Assembly (NCBI GenBank): GCA_020348865.1
Contig: CP070754.1
Location: 962,938 to 994,937, forward strand
Length of the DNA stretch: 32,000 nt
Source: Candidatus Bathyarchaeota archaeon
Lineage (GTDB): Archaea > Thermoproteota > Bathyarchaeia > Bathyarchaeales > Bathyarchaeaceae
Direction: 5' to 3'
Every line of letters begins with the position of its first letter. Within the stretch, counting starts at the first letter, position 1. The notes under the pieces were generated by a model. The model was not told the origin of the DNA, did no database searches, and saw only the letters and a program-made list of their open reading frames with translations. Below are positions 24,679 through 32,000 of the stretch, piece after piece. The translations under genes were made by a program, and so were the position numbers.

Positions 24679-25044
24679 GTTAGACTGTCTACTCAAATTT
24701 TACTCAAAAAATAGGCTTGAGCAGGTAGACAAGCAGACGGGCTAGGTTAGTCAAAATTAGGCGTCTCCCAAATTTTAACATGGATTTGGACTTCGACGAC
24801 TTCGAACCTTAGATAAAACAGACGAAATAGGCTTACGTGTATTTCGTATGACCGTTTACGTGGGGGGGGCATTGTCTACAACATCAACTATATGGTGTTC
24901 TCCATTTAGAAACTCGAGGGGCTAGACCGAAGTACAGCTTTAGTCTACGGCGTGTAACTGACTCCTCCAGAGCTACCCGCATTCGTTTCAGTCTACATAA
25001 AGTCTTTTCACAATCGTGTGCATGGAAAATGGAGCTTTCGACGG

Positions 25045-25596
25045 TTATGTGGCCTTCAACTGTTGGATTTCCTCGAAGATGTCGTTCCAACTGTAAACTC
25101 GCTTGATTAGCCCCTTGACATTGAAAGATTGATTCCAAGGATGATCATACACCAACACCGTCTTAACCTTTTTCGACCATCCTAATGCATCCTCCAGGTC
25201 ATCCTCAACCACCAAATCAAGATCAACTTCAGCAAGGTGCTTTTCTCCCTGATTTGACTGAATTAGTAGAGAATAGGGAATACCCTTCTTCTGCAACCAA
25301 TCTCTTGTCACGCTATTCAAGTCACCAAAACGGGCTGTTAGAATGATAATTTTGTGCCCGTGTGAATTCAGTCTTTCCAACGTCTCTTTAGCACCTTCAA
25401 TCGGCTGGAGATCTCCTAGGAGTGTTTCCCTAACGAGTCTGTCTCTTTCTTGTCTGCTTATCCCAAGTACATAATCGAGATCATGGCAATAGATATCTGA
25501 TTCGTCCAACGTGAGGCCATAGTGTTTTCTTGCAATAGTTGCGAAATAGGCAACGAAATCTGAAATCACACCATCTATGTCGAATCCTAGGTTCAT
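25045..25596 (-). CDS. HAD-superfamily 5'(3')-(deoxy)nucleotidase, NT5C/YqfW-like
   Basis: The ATG at 25596 gives 'MNLGFDIDGVISDF', HAD motif I in the NT5C style. 'IIILTAR' (motif II) and 'VVEDDLEDA' (motif IV) follow. GGGAG lies 9 nt upstream. The longer ORF start at 25698 adds an implausible Cys/Trp-rich leader. Confidence 0.68.
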   Translation of the reverse strand: MNLGFDIDGVISDFVAYFATIARKHYGLTLDESDIYCHDLDYVLGISRQERDRLVRETLLGDLQPIEGAKETLERLNSHGHKIIILTARFGDLNSVTRDWLQKKGIPYSLLIQSNQGEKHLAEVDLDLVVEDDLEDALGWSKKVKTVLVYDHPWNQSFNVKGLIKRVYSWNDIFEEIQQLKAT

Positions 25597-25704
25597 CCAC
25601 AGATTCTCCCTACATATGATGCAATACGTCCAAACATAACAATCTATTCTTTCCCAATATCTGGCATGCATGAGCATGGAGCAGTTAGCCCATGACAATA
25701 CTTA

Positions 25705-26916
25705 CTATGTCATGGTTGCTGAGATTTCCCTCACAGCTGATACTAGTTTGTCTATTTCACTCTTTGTGTTGTAGAAGTAGGCTGATGCTCGGACACATCC
25801 AGGTTTACGGATGACATTTTTCATGAGTGGGAGAGCACAGTGATGCCCTGAACGCACCATAATATTAGCTGACACGTCAAGTGTCAAAGCCACATCGTGT
25901 GGGTTCAGGTTGCCCACGTTGAAAGCTGCAATCCCTATCTTATCTTTGGGTTCCGGACCATACAACTCAATTTCTGGGAGTTCCTGCAGCTCTTCATGCA
26001 TTTGTCTCGTGAGTTTATTCTCGTGATTCCGAATGTTTTCCATTCCTAGATTCTGTAAGTAGTCGGCTGCTGCTCCCAGACCAATGGACTCTGCGATGGC
26101 GGGAGTTCCCGCTTCAAACCTGCTGGAGTTTTCCTCAAGCTTGTAGTAGTCGACACCGGCATCAGCTATGGTTCCTCCACCAATACATAACGGCTCAATC
26201 TCCTTCATTAAATCTTCTCGGATGAATAGGGCACTTGCTCCAGTAGGCGCACACATCTTATGTCCGCTAAACGCGAGGAAGTCACACCCAATCTCCTGTA
26301 CATCAACTTTCATGTGTGGAACTGATTGAGCTCCATCGATCACCACGTAGGCTCCATGTTCGTGCGCTATCTTCGTAATTTCTTTGACAGGCATGATTGT
26401 TCCTAGCAAGTTTGAAACGTGGGTTATAGCAACCAGCTTTGTCTTGTCGTCAACAGCTTTCTCAAAATCGTTTAAGCTTATTATTCCCTGCTCAGCGGGT
26501 TCACTAGGTCTGACAGCCTCTAGATCCATATGATGTCGATTCTTTACGCGAAGCCAAACAACGAAGTTGGAGTGATGCTCAACGAGTGACGTGACAATCT
26601 TATCCCCTCTCTTCCAGTCTAAACCGTTTGCGATGGTGTTTATTCCCTCGGTTGTGTTTCGAGTCATGATTATCTCAGAATCGGACTTCGCATTGATGAA
26701 ATGAGCGACTTTGGCGTGGGCGCACTCATATTCTTCGCTTGCTTTCTGCGACAAGTGATGGACGCCACGCTCCACGTTGGCTCGGTATTCATGATAAAAC
26801 TCCAGCATTTTGTCTAGCACAGGTTCTGGGGTGAGGCTGCTAGCAGTGCTGTCTAAGTAGATTACGCCTGTCTTCAAGATGGGAAAGTCTTTTCTCACTT
26901 TCTGCACATTGAGCAA
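25705..26916 (-). CDS. sufS: Cysteine desulfurase, SufS/CsdA group II
   Basis: 'VRKDFPIL' at the N-terminus, the PLP-lysine context 'FSGHKMCAPTG', and the catalytic-Cys loop 'RSGHHCALPL'. The TTG start has AGGAGG 8 nt upstream. Confidence 0.9.
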   Translation of the reverse strand: MLNVQKVRKDFPILKTGVIYLDSTASSLTPEPVLDKMLEFYHEYRANVERGVHHLSQKASEEYECAHAKVAHFINAKSDSEIIMTRNTTEGINTIANGLDWKRGDKIVTSLVEHHSNFVVWLRVKNRHHMDLEAVRPSEPAEQGIISLNDFEKAVDDKTKLVAITHVSNLLGTIMPVKEITKIAHEHGAYVVIDGAQSVPHMKVDVQEIGCDFLAFSGHKMCAPTGASALFIREDLMKEIEPLCIGGGTIADAGVDYYKLEENSSRFEAGTPAIAESIGLGAAADYLQNLGMENIRNHENKLTRQMHEELQELPEIELYGPEPKDKIGIAAFNVGNLNPHDVALTLDVSANIMVRSGHHCALPLMKNVIRKPGCVRASAYFYNTKSEIDKLVSAVREISATMT

Positions 26917-27059
26917 CTGTTTATCCTCCTAATTCAGCAAAAGAGTTGTCACATCTCATCTCCTTGCTGTCTTCATTGCTCTTTTTTGCCTATAAAGACT
27001 TGGAATGCCCCCAATACTCTCTTCGAAAGAAGACATTGCCAGAATTGCCATTGCACAAA

Positions 27060-27098
27060 GAACCTCAACGTTTAACGGTTGAAAGATTTTTGAGGTTC
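27060..27098 (-). terminator. 9-bp stem hairpin 15 nt downstream of the NTase-like gene stop
   Basis: GAACCTCAA (27060-27068) pairs with TTGAGGTTC (27090-27098). On the minus strand it is followed by CTTTGTG. It separates the MPE/NTase unit from the sufS promoter (CCTATAAAGA at 26989-26998). Confidence 0.35.
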
Positions 27099-27112
27099 CT
27101 GGATTCGGTCAA

Positions 27113-28039
27113 CTATTCTTTTTCAAGTATTGCTTCCCATATTCCGAATCCAGCTACTGTGTCCGGCCTCTCAACAGGGTTGTACCACCTTTTCTTCGTG
27201 CCAGCCCTAGACCTGATCTTCCAGCCGAAGGATTTCGGTTCTTTCTCTATTCTTTCCAACAGGGTCCCTATTTTTCCTACTATCTCTTCTCTGTCTTTTT
27301 CTCCAAGACTCTTGGCGTCAACCTCAGCTTCTGCACCTAGTTTGTCTATTTCAGAGATGAATTTCTGAGTTCTCCTGAGATTAGTAGTTGCGGTGTACCA
27401 GAATCCCCAGTCCTTTGCTAACAGTTTAGCTATGTACGAAGCGTCTATCGTCTCTTTTTCTCCTTTTTCTCCAACATGATGTGCTTTCAGCAGAATTAGG
27501 CAGTCCTTCAAGTCTTTTGTGCCAAATGCTTCCCACATCTGTACCTTCTCAAGTAGCATATCTGTAATAGAAATCGTTGGGTAATCCTGTTCTAGTCTTC
27601 CCTTGAAATCCACTGGATGATTCGCCACTATTAATTTGTCGTAGAATGTGTCCACGTAGAACCAGCCTTTAGGATGATAGTATATTTGTCTTTCAGATGC
27701 AGCTGAAGAAAGAGTTGCCCTTCTCTTAGCGTATCCCATCTCATTGAAGAGGGTCTTGATCTTATCCCTGTGTTTGCGATAGGCCATGAAATCTATGTCG
27801 GTGTATTCTTGGCCTTTCACAACTCCTGCTCCGGTTCTGCTGAGTTTTGCCGCGAAATCCCTGAACTCTTGACTGTGTATTGCTATGCCAAGCCCACCCA
27901 TTATTCTAAGTACGATCCCTTTCTTGTCTGCTTCTTTCACTATCCTCTCGGCTTCATCGAAGAACACCTTTGTCGGGATTATTCCTTGCCAATCCTTAGG
28001 TAGTTCTCTTTTCACCTCTTTGTCGAGCATCCAAGACAT
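27113..28039 (-). CDS. Putative Pol-beta-superfamily nucleotidyltransferase-fold protein (uncharacterised family)
   Basis: 'IVLRIMGGLGIAIH' (hG[GS]-type loop) is followed by 'EYTDIDFMAY' (DxD), and 'WFYVDTF' may supply a third acidic residue. The C-terminal half is helical. The start is ATG 28039, or TTG 28066, which overlaps the upstream gene by 11 nt. Confidence 0.6.
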   Translation of the reverse strand: MSWMLDKEVKRELPKDWQGIIPTKVFFDEAERIVKEADKKGIVLRIMGGLGIAIHSQEFRDFAAKLSRTGAGVVKGQEYTDIDFMAYRKHRDKIKTLFNEMGYAKRRATLSSAASERQIYYHPKGWFYVDTFYDKLIVANHPVDFKGRLEQDYPTISITDMLLEKVQMWEAFGTKDLKDCLILLKAHHVGEKGEKETIDASYIAKLLAKDWGFWYTATTNLRRTQKFISEIDKLGAEAEVDAKSLGEKDREEIVGKIGTLLERIEKEPKSFGWKIRSRAGTKKRWYNPVERPDTVAGFGIWEAILEKE

Positions 28040-28055
28040 GTTACCATATTCCCCT

Positions 28056-29024
28056 TTAACCCTCAATTCTCTGAAGCCTAATTATCTTGTTGGCTTTAAG
28101 CTCGATTAGAAATGCCCTTAGAATTCCTTCGGCGTATTCGCTGCCTGGGTTGACGCAGTGTGTTCTACCAATTCTAATAGAGCCGGAGGCTTCATGTATG
28201 TGGCCATGCAGTCCTAGTAAAGGTTGATATTTCTCAATCATCTTCCGGACTGCTTTTGAGCCGACAGGAACCATTTCAACGCGTCCTGCTTGGAGGATGG
28301 GGTTGAGCTCTTCATCCAGTAATGGTGCGTCATCCAGCTTGGATTGATAGGGTGGAGAGTGAAAGTTGAATATAGCAGACTTCGGGTCCTTCAATTGAGA
28401 AACATATCTCTCTAGTCTCTCCTCATGTTCTTCTTCCGATTCCTCTCTAGTGGTTTTCCAGGGGCTAGGGTTGGTCCATCCTGTGCTTATCATCTCATGA
28501 CCGCACACGTCTATCACCTTGCCTTCTCCGTTGACTACGTCTTTGTGATCTCGAATTATGTCGTCTACTGGAAATCTGTCATCATTTCCGGGACAGACAA
28601 TCACCTGGGTCTCGCGTGGAACCTTCTCTTGAATCAGGTTCAACCAGTTCTTCAATGTTGATTGCATAACTTCCATGAATACTTCGTCCACTTTCAAACT
28701 GTCTTTTCTCATCGAATCAACACGCTTCTCATCGGTCAAATACGCATAGTATCCTATTCCCCGGATATCTTTGAGTGCCTTTTCCAATCCACTTGAGTCG
28801 ACTAGATGATTTTCACCAAGAAAATAGTAGCTGTATTTCCCATCCTTCGTCTCAACTACAGGCACAATCATCTTTCCGGTCAGGTCGCCCCCAGAAATTG
28901 CTACGTCCGCTTTCACCATAGATGAGGCGTTAAGGAACTTCCTCCAAACACCTTCAGATCCATGCATATCGGTTGCGAAGAGAATTTTCGCGGTTGACTC
29001 TTTCTTCCCAAATAATGGTGTCAA
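28056..29024 (-). CDS. Calcineurin-like metallophosphoesterase
   Basis: All canonical motifs appear in order: 'ATDMHG' (DxH), 'SGGDLTG' (GD), 'CPGNDD' (GN[HD][DE]), 'FHSPP' (H) and 'GLHGHIHE' (GHxH). The TTG start has AGGAG 8 nt upstream. Confidence 0.8.
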   Translation of the reverse strand: MTPLFGKKESTAKILFATDMHGSEGVWRKFLNASSMVKADVAISGGDLTGKMIVPVVETKDGKYSYYFLGENHLVDSSGLEKALKDIRGIGYYAYLTDEKRVDSMRKDSLKVDEVFMEVMQSTLKNWLNLIQEKVPRETQVIVCPGNDDRFPVDDIIRDHKDVVNGEGKVIDVCGHEMISTGWTNPSPWKTTREESEEEHEERLERYVSQLKDPKSAIFNFHSPPYQSKLDDAPLLDEELNPILQAGRVEMVPVGSKAVRKMIEKYQPLLGLHGHIHEASGSIRIGRTHCVNPGSEYAEGILRAFLIELKANKIIRLQRIEG

Positions 29025-29049
29025 CTAGACCACTCCTACCTGAGAAATC

Positions 29050-29067
29050 TCACATTTTTCAATGTGA
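29050..29067. promoter_or_regulatory. Inverted repeat TCACATT-N4-AATGTGA at the predicted transcription start of the MPE/NTase unit
   Basis: The repeat has 7-bp arms. It lies between the TATA-like GGATATTAAGTTT (29073-29085, read on the minus strand) and the SD/TTG at 29024. It is also within the divergent spacer to the permease gene. Confidence 0.35.
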
Positions 29068-29260
29068 CAGAAGGATATTAAGTTTGACCAAGGAGAATGA
29101 CAGAGAAATCGATGGGAGGAAATCTCCCAGTCTAAGTTTGGAGACAAACGACGTTCTAGAGGCGTTTTTCGCCATTTAGACCCAAAACAAGGCATTTCAG
29201 CCGAAAGTGCGCACAAATGGATGGAAACACTTAAATTCTTTGAAGGTGAAACCGAAGGGA

Positions 29261-30961
29261 ATGGTGAACCGTATGGTTTCAGATAAACCTGCGATATTTG
29301 CCAGAGAAGCTACTGGGCTGGTCAGAGAAGTAGGCTTCATGTTGGGCGTAATCATAATCCTATCTCACGTTGTAGGCTTAGGATGGCAGAAACGAGCGTT
29401 CCAATTCACCGGTCCAAAACCAGTGCCGACCGAAATGCTTCCACTTGGTCTTCCAGCAATATTCTGGGCTTTCCTGATTTGCGGCGCGATTGTGATGATC
29501 ACAGGTTATGCAGCTGGATACGTTACAGCTGCTATGCCAAGATCCGGAGGCGGATACGTAACCATTTCAAGGGTCCTCCACCCATTCGTAGGATACAGTG
29601 CAGGCTGGCTAATGTTCCTCGCAGAAGCGTTCTCCTATGGGTTGATTGGAGTAGCTGTCTTTGAAGCGGTCATGATATTCTTCAACATCGCCGGCATCGC
29701 GATAGCCTTTGACGCAATAACGCTTTTCTTAGGCGGCGTTGTAATCATAGCAATCTTCACAGTACTTGCCCTGTTCGGAGTCAGACTCTACGGCTGGATC
29801 ATGCATGCAATGTTCTGGCCTACACTAGCAATCACTATTGCCTTCTTCGCTATGTGGATCGCCGGTGCCATGGACCCCAATGTTGTTGCAGTGGGCGTAG
29901 AGACTGCTCTGGGAGCACCACCATCTGTATTCATGGATCACGCGATTAATTCAGGAATGGCAGATTCCTCCAATATAGCAACTTTCTATGATGCCTTCTC
30001 ATTTGCACTTGCAGGAGCCTTTTGGGCTTACATGGGCTGGTATTCAGTTACTTTCATCGCTGGAGAGGTCAAGGAAGCGAACAAAAAGCTTCCCATGGTA
30101 GTTCTGGTGTCTGGCTTCCTAATCATGCTAGTCTACTTGGGAGCTTCATCGTTTTCAGCGGTTTCGACTATGGGCGTATCAGTAGAGTCGACGCCGACTG
30201 GACAATGGAGTTTCTTCCAAGCATACTCTTGGCTGAGCTATGGTCCTTTAACTGAAGCACAAGTCGCAGCGCGCGACGCAGCAATTCCTAATTTCCAATC
30301 TGCATGGAGCACCGGAATCGCGTCCATCATCGCCCAAGGTATGGGCTTAGGATGGCTCTCACTGCTAATCGCAGTGGCTGGCGTACTATGGCTTGCAAAC
30401 GACATACCACCATTCCTACTAGTCGCGTCTAGAACCATGTTTGCTATGTCCTTTGACAGAATGATGCCTGAAAAGCTCGCAGAAGTCAGCGAAAGATGGC
30501 ACTCACCGACTTGGGCACTTATCATCACTGGAATATTCGGAGTCGTTGGATGCATCGCCGAAGCAAACCCGGCTGGGTTAGGCGAATATGTCTCTTTCGC
30601 GGGAGTAGTCGGAACCGACATATATGACGCGGTCTTCCTGGTCCTATTCTGTGTTTCATGCATGTTGCTCGCTCTGGAAAGAAGAGAAATCTACGAGCGG
30701 GCTGCAGTCAAACACTCGTTAGGAACGGTAGTTGGACTGGGCGCTATAGCAACGTTGCTGTCAGGCTACTGCCTATTCACATTCGTGAAAGAGTCTGTTG
30801 GTTTCATCTTTTCGCCCTCAAGTATCCCAGACTTGTACAGCTGTTTCGGCTTCTGGGGTTGCATCGCAGTCGGAGTAATGCTATACGTCTACCACATGTA
30901 CCGAAACACGTCCAAAGGCGTCGACATGAGAACCCTATACCTAAACATTCCACCAGAGTAG
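29261..30961 (+). CDS. APC-superfamily amino acid (or polyamine) permease
   Basis: About 12-14 TM helices. 'MPRSGGGYVTISR' matches the APC signature around TM3 (P.aGG.Y.y). I prefer the ATG at 29261 or 29273 over the 29207 ORF start. Confidence 0.85.
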   Translation: MVNRMVSDKPAIFAREATGLVREVGFMLGVIIILSHVVGLGWQKRAFQFTGPKPVPTEMLPLGLPAIFWAFLICGAIVMITGYAAGYVTAAMPRSGGGYVTISRVLHPFVGYSAGWLMFLAEAFSYGLIGVAVFEAVMIFFNIAGIAIAFDAITLFLGGVVIIAIFTVLALFGVRLYGWIMHAMFWPTLAITIAFFAMWIAGAMDPNVVAVGVETALGAPPSVFMDHAINSGMADSSNIATFYDAFSFALAGAFWAYMGWYSVTFIAGEVKEANKKLPMVVLVSGFLIMLVYLGASSFSAVSTMGVSVESTPTGQWSFFQAYSWLSYGPLTEAQVAARDAAIPNFQSAWSTGIASIIAQGMGLGWLSLLIAVAGVLWLANDIPPFLLVASRTMFAMSFDRMMPEKLAEVSERWHSPTWALIITGIFGVVGCIAEANPAGLGEYVSFAGVVGTDIYDAVFLVLFCVSCMLLALERREIYERAAVKHSLGTVVGLGAIATLLSGYCLFTFVKESVGFIFSPSSIPDLYSCFGFWGCIAVGVMLYVYHMYRNTSKGVDMRTLYLNIPPE

Positions 30962-31020
30962 CTTCAAACAACCTCACCCCCCCTTTTTAGTTTTCAGTGT
31001 CTTATTATCCGGTGACCTAT

Positions 31021-31911
31021 ATGTCTCAAGAATTAGGTTTCATCATTGATATGATGGAAGAACAACTTGCTAAGGGAAATCTAAGATGGTTGGCGAGTTT
31101 CAGAGAGATTCGTAGGGATTATGCTCTTGGCGCTTTCACTATTCCTATTTATGCTGTCGGAAGCTTAACAGAGAAAGGGTTCTTTCTCTCTCGAATATTT
31201 TCAGCTTTTGTAACGCCTAAGTACAAGATACACTTTTTGCTCTACACATCAACTGAACTAAGCGTCAAATCCATAAGAAGCCTCGTTCTTTCATGCAAAC
31301 GCAAGTTTGGTTCCGAGGATTGGGTCTTCATAACGTTCATTCAGGATAAACCCATAGGAAAAGCCATAAAAAGCACTATCTCAAGCCTTGCAGATGACAA
31401 GGTGGGCCTGGCAATCTATAGCCTCACCTCAAAAAGTGAGGTCTCCTCAGATAATGTACTTGGGCGAGCTCTCAAGAAACACCTAAAACTCACTGAAGCA
31501 AGATTCGAGCCATTAAACGTACCGGACTACCTAAAAAGCATCACCATCGTGTTCTCATTGGGTGTCGTCTTCTTGGTTACACTATTGTTTAGCGGAGTAC
31601 CCGCAAACGCGCCCTTGTCTCTCCTAGTCATACTCGCTTTTTCGATTGTAGCCGCCTACCCAATCTACAAAAGATGGTTCCACACCGTTTTCTCGGTAAA
31701 TAGTAAAGGATTTAAACTTTGGAAAGGCAGAGACCTTGTGGAACGCAGGTGGTCTGACTACACCGATATCTCAATTTACATTACTCCTCAACATGACACC
31801 CACATCAGATTACATTTCAAGAAAGAAACGTTTGACATACCGCTCTCAAAAGTGGGGCTATCCAGAAAAGAAGCCTACAGTACAATCAAGCAAATGCTGA
31901 GGAAGAAATAG
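31021..31911 (+). CDS. Hypothetical membrane protein: cytoplasmic N-domain, 2 TM helices, C-terminal bacterial-PH-like domain
   Basis: The ATG at 31021 has GGTGA 5 nt upstream; GTG 30997 is the alternative. The TM helices are 'ITIVFSLGVVFLVTLLFSG' and 'LSLLVILAFSIVAAYPIY'. The tail 'FSVNSKGFKLWKG...RWSDYTDISIY' resembles bPH/YdbT-type domains. Confidence 0.6.
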   Translation: MSQELGFIIDMMEEQLAKGNLRWLASFREIRRDYALGAFTIPIYAVGSLTEKGFFLSRIFSAFVTPKYKIHFLLYTSTELSVKSIRSLVLSCKRKFGSEDWVFITFIQDKPIGKAIKSTISSLADDKVGLAIYSLTSKSEVSSDNVLGRALKKHLKLTEARFEPLNVPDYLKSITIVFSLGVVFLVTLLFSGVPANAPLSLLVILAFSIVAAYPIYKRWFHTVFSVNSKGFKLWKGRDLVERRWSDYTDISIYITPQHDTHIRLHFKKETFDIPLSKVGLSRKEAYSTIKQMLRKK

Positions 31912-31947
31912 ACCAGGTGCGACAACAGGTTTAGAGTTGGCTAAGAA

Positions 31948-32000
31948 ATGGTGGTCCTCACAAAGAACTTGAAAATCGCCATTGGAATCTTGCTTCTGCT
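31948..32000 (+). CDS. Possible 5' end of a gene encoding a protein with a hydrophobic N-terminus (runs off the window)
   Basis: The ATG at 31948 opens 'MVVLTKNLKIAIGILLL...', which continues to the window edge. Only 17 codons are visible. Confidence 0.3.
   Translation, partial: MVVLTKNLKIAIGILLL

Noticed and set aside
24862-24869. A G8 homopolymer as a possible G-quadruplex or phase-variation tract. A C7T5 tract also occurs at 30977-30988.
   Set aside because: A single G-run cannot form a quadruplex. It is not inside or at the 5' end of any credible ORF. The C7T5 tract is more simply a T-rich terminator after the permease gene.
24514-25138. ORFs of 60-84 aa in the pyrF/HAD gap (24514-24696 -, 24532-24714 +, 24884-25138 -), and a 10-codon acidic micro-ORF MDLDFDDFEP at 24781-24813.
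   Set aside because: Their compositions are Arg/Cys/Ser-rich and they lack SD or TATA at suitable spacing. One overlaps the HAD gene 3' end out of frame. The micro-ORF is too short to support. The region is treated as non-coding and reported as a finding instead.
25597-25698. A 34-codon N-terminal extension of the HAD nucleotidase ORF.
   Set aside because: The extension (MSWANCSMLMHARYWERIDCYVWTYCIICRENLW) is Cys/Trp-rich. It precedes the canonical HAD motif-I N-terminus 'MNLGFDIDGV', which has its own GGGAG SD.
26946-27368. A 140-aa plus-strand ORF spanning the sufS promoter region and the 3' end of the NTase-like gene.
   Set aside because: Its product is Ser/Leu/Pro-rich and low-complexity. 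It runs antisense to a long, well-formed ORF and through a hairpin/TATA region.
1-32000. A search for CRISPR arrays, long direct or inverted repeats, transposases, integrases, rRNA, and toxin-antitoxin or known defence gene signatures.
   Set aside because: I saw no regularly spaced repeats, no DDE/tyrosine-recombinase-like ORFs and no rRNA-like segments. The only antitoxin-like gene (RHH at 23442-23594) has no adjacent toxin. This was a by-eye scan, so short or degenerate repeats could be missed.

Overview
This is an archaeal chromosomal segment with about 33 protein genes and one intron-containing tRNA. I found no rRNA, CRISPR array, transposase or integrase. Archaeal hallmarks: a KEOPS Cgi121 gene, a tRNA-Arg(UCU) with a 13-nt intron at position 37/38, an archaeal-type LeuRS C-terminus, and AT-rich TATA-like boxes about 25-45 nt upstream of most start codons. 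Left to right the window holds: the leuS 3' end; a 4-TM protein; a membrane-anchored wHTH protein; tRNA-Arg; an HTH-phosphoribosyltransferase fusion; mtnA; a Cys-rich TIGR04076-like protein; a small unknown protein; a THUMP-less ThiI-like PP-loop enzyme; a decayed ACR3 arsenite-carrier fragment; an MFS transporter; a multi-TM protein with a secreted beta-propeller protein; cgi121; a Gpt-like purine PRT; a four-gene histidine-utilisation operon (formimidoyltransferase-hutI-hutU-hutH); htpX; rtcA; acyP; three small unknowns; a GuaA-subunit-B-like PP-loop enzyme with a duplicated C-terminal unit; an unlisted 50-codon RHH gene coupled to pyrF; a 527-nt gene-free gap; an NT5C-like HAD nucleotidase; sufS; a metallophosphoesterase plus putative Pol-beta-type nucleotidyltransferase pair; an APC permease; and a membrane protein with a PH-like tail. 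Most of the window is ordinary housekeeping or metabolic DNA. I see no clear match to a known defence or mobile system. The best candidates for something undescribed are: (1) the phosphoesterase/NTase-fold gene pair at 27113-29024; (2) the GuaA-like enzyme with a tandem-duplicated dimerisation unit; (3) the structured 527-nt non-coding gap at 24518-25044; and (4) a recurrent intergenic (A)TGCATG(C) palindrome. All functional calls come from remembered family motifs, not database searches. Many start codons are TTG or GTG, and start coordinates carry uncertainty of tens of nucleotides.
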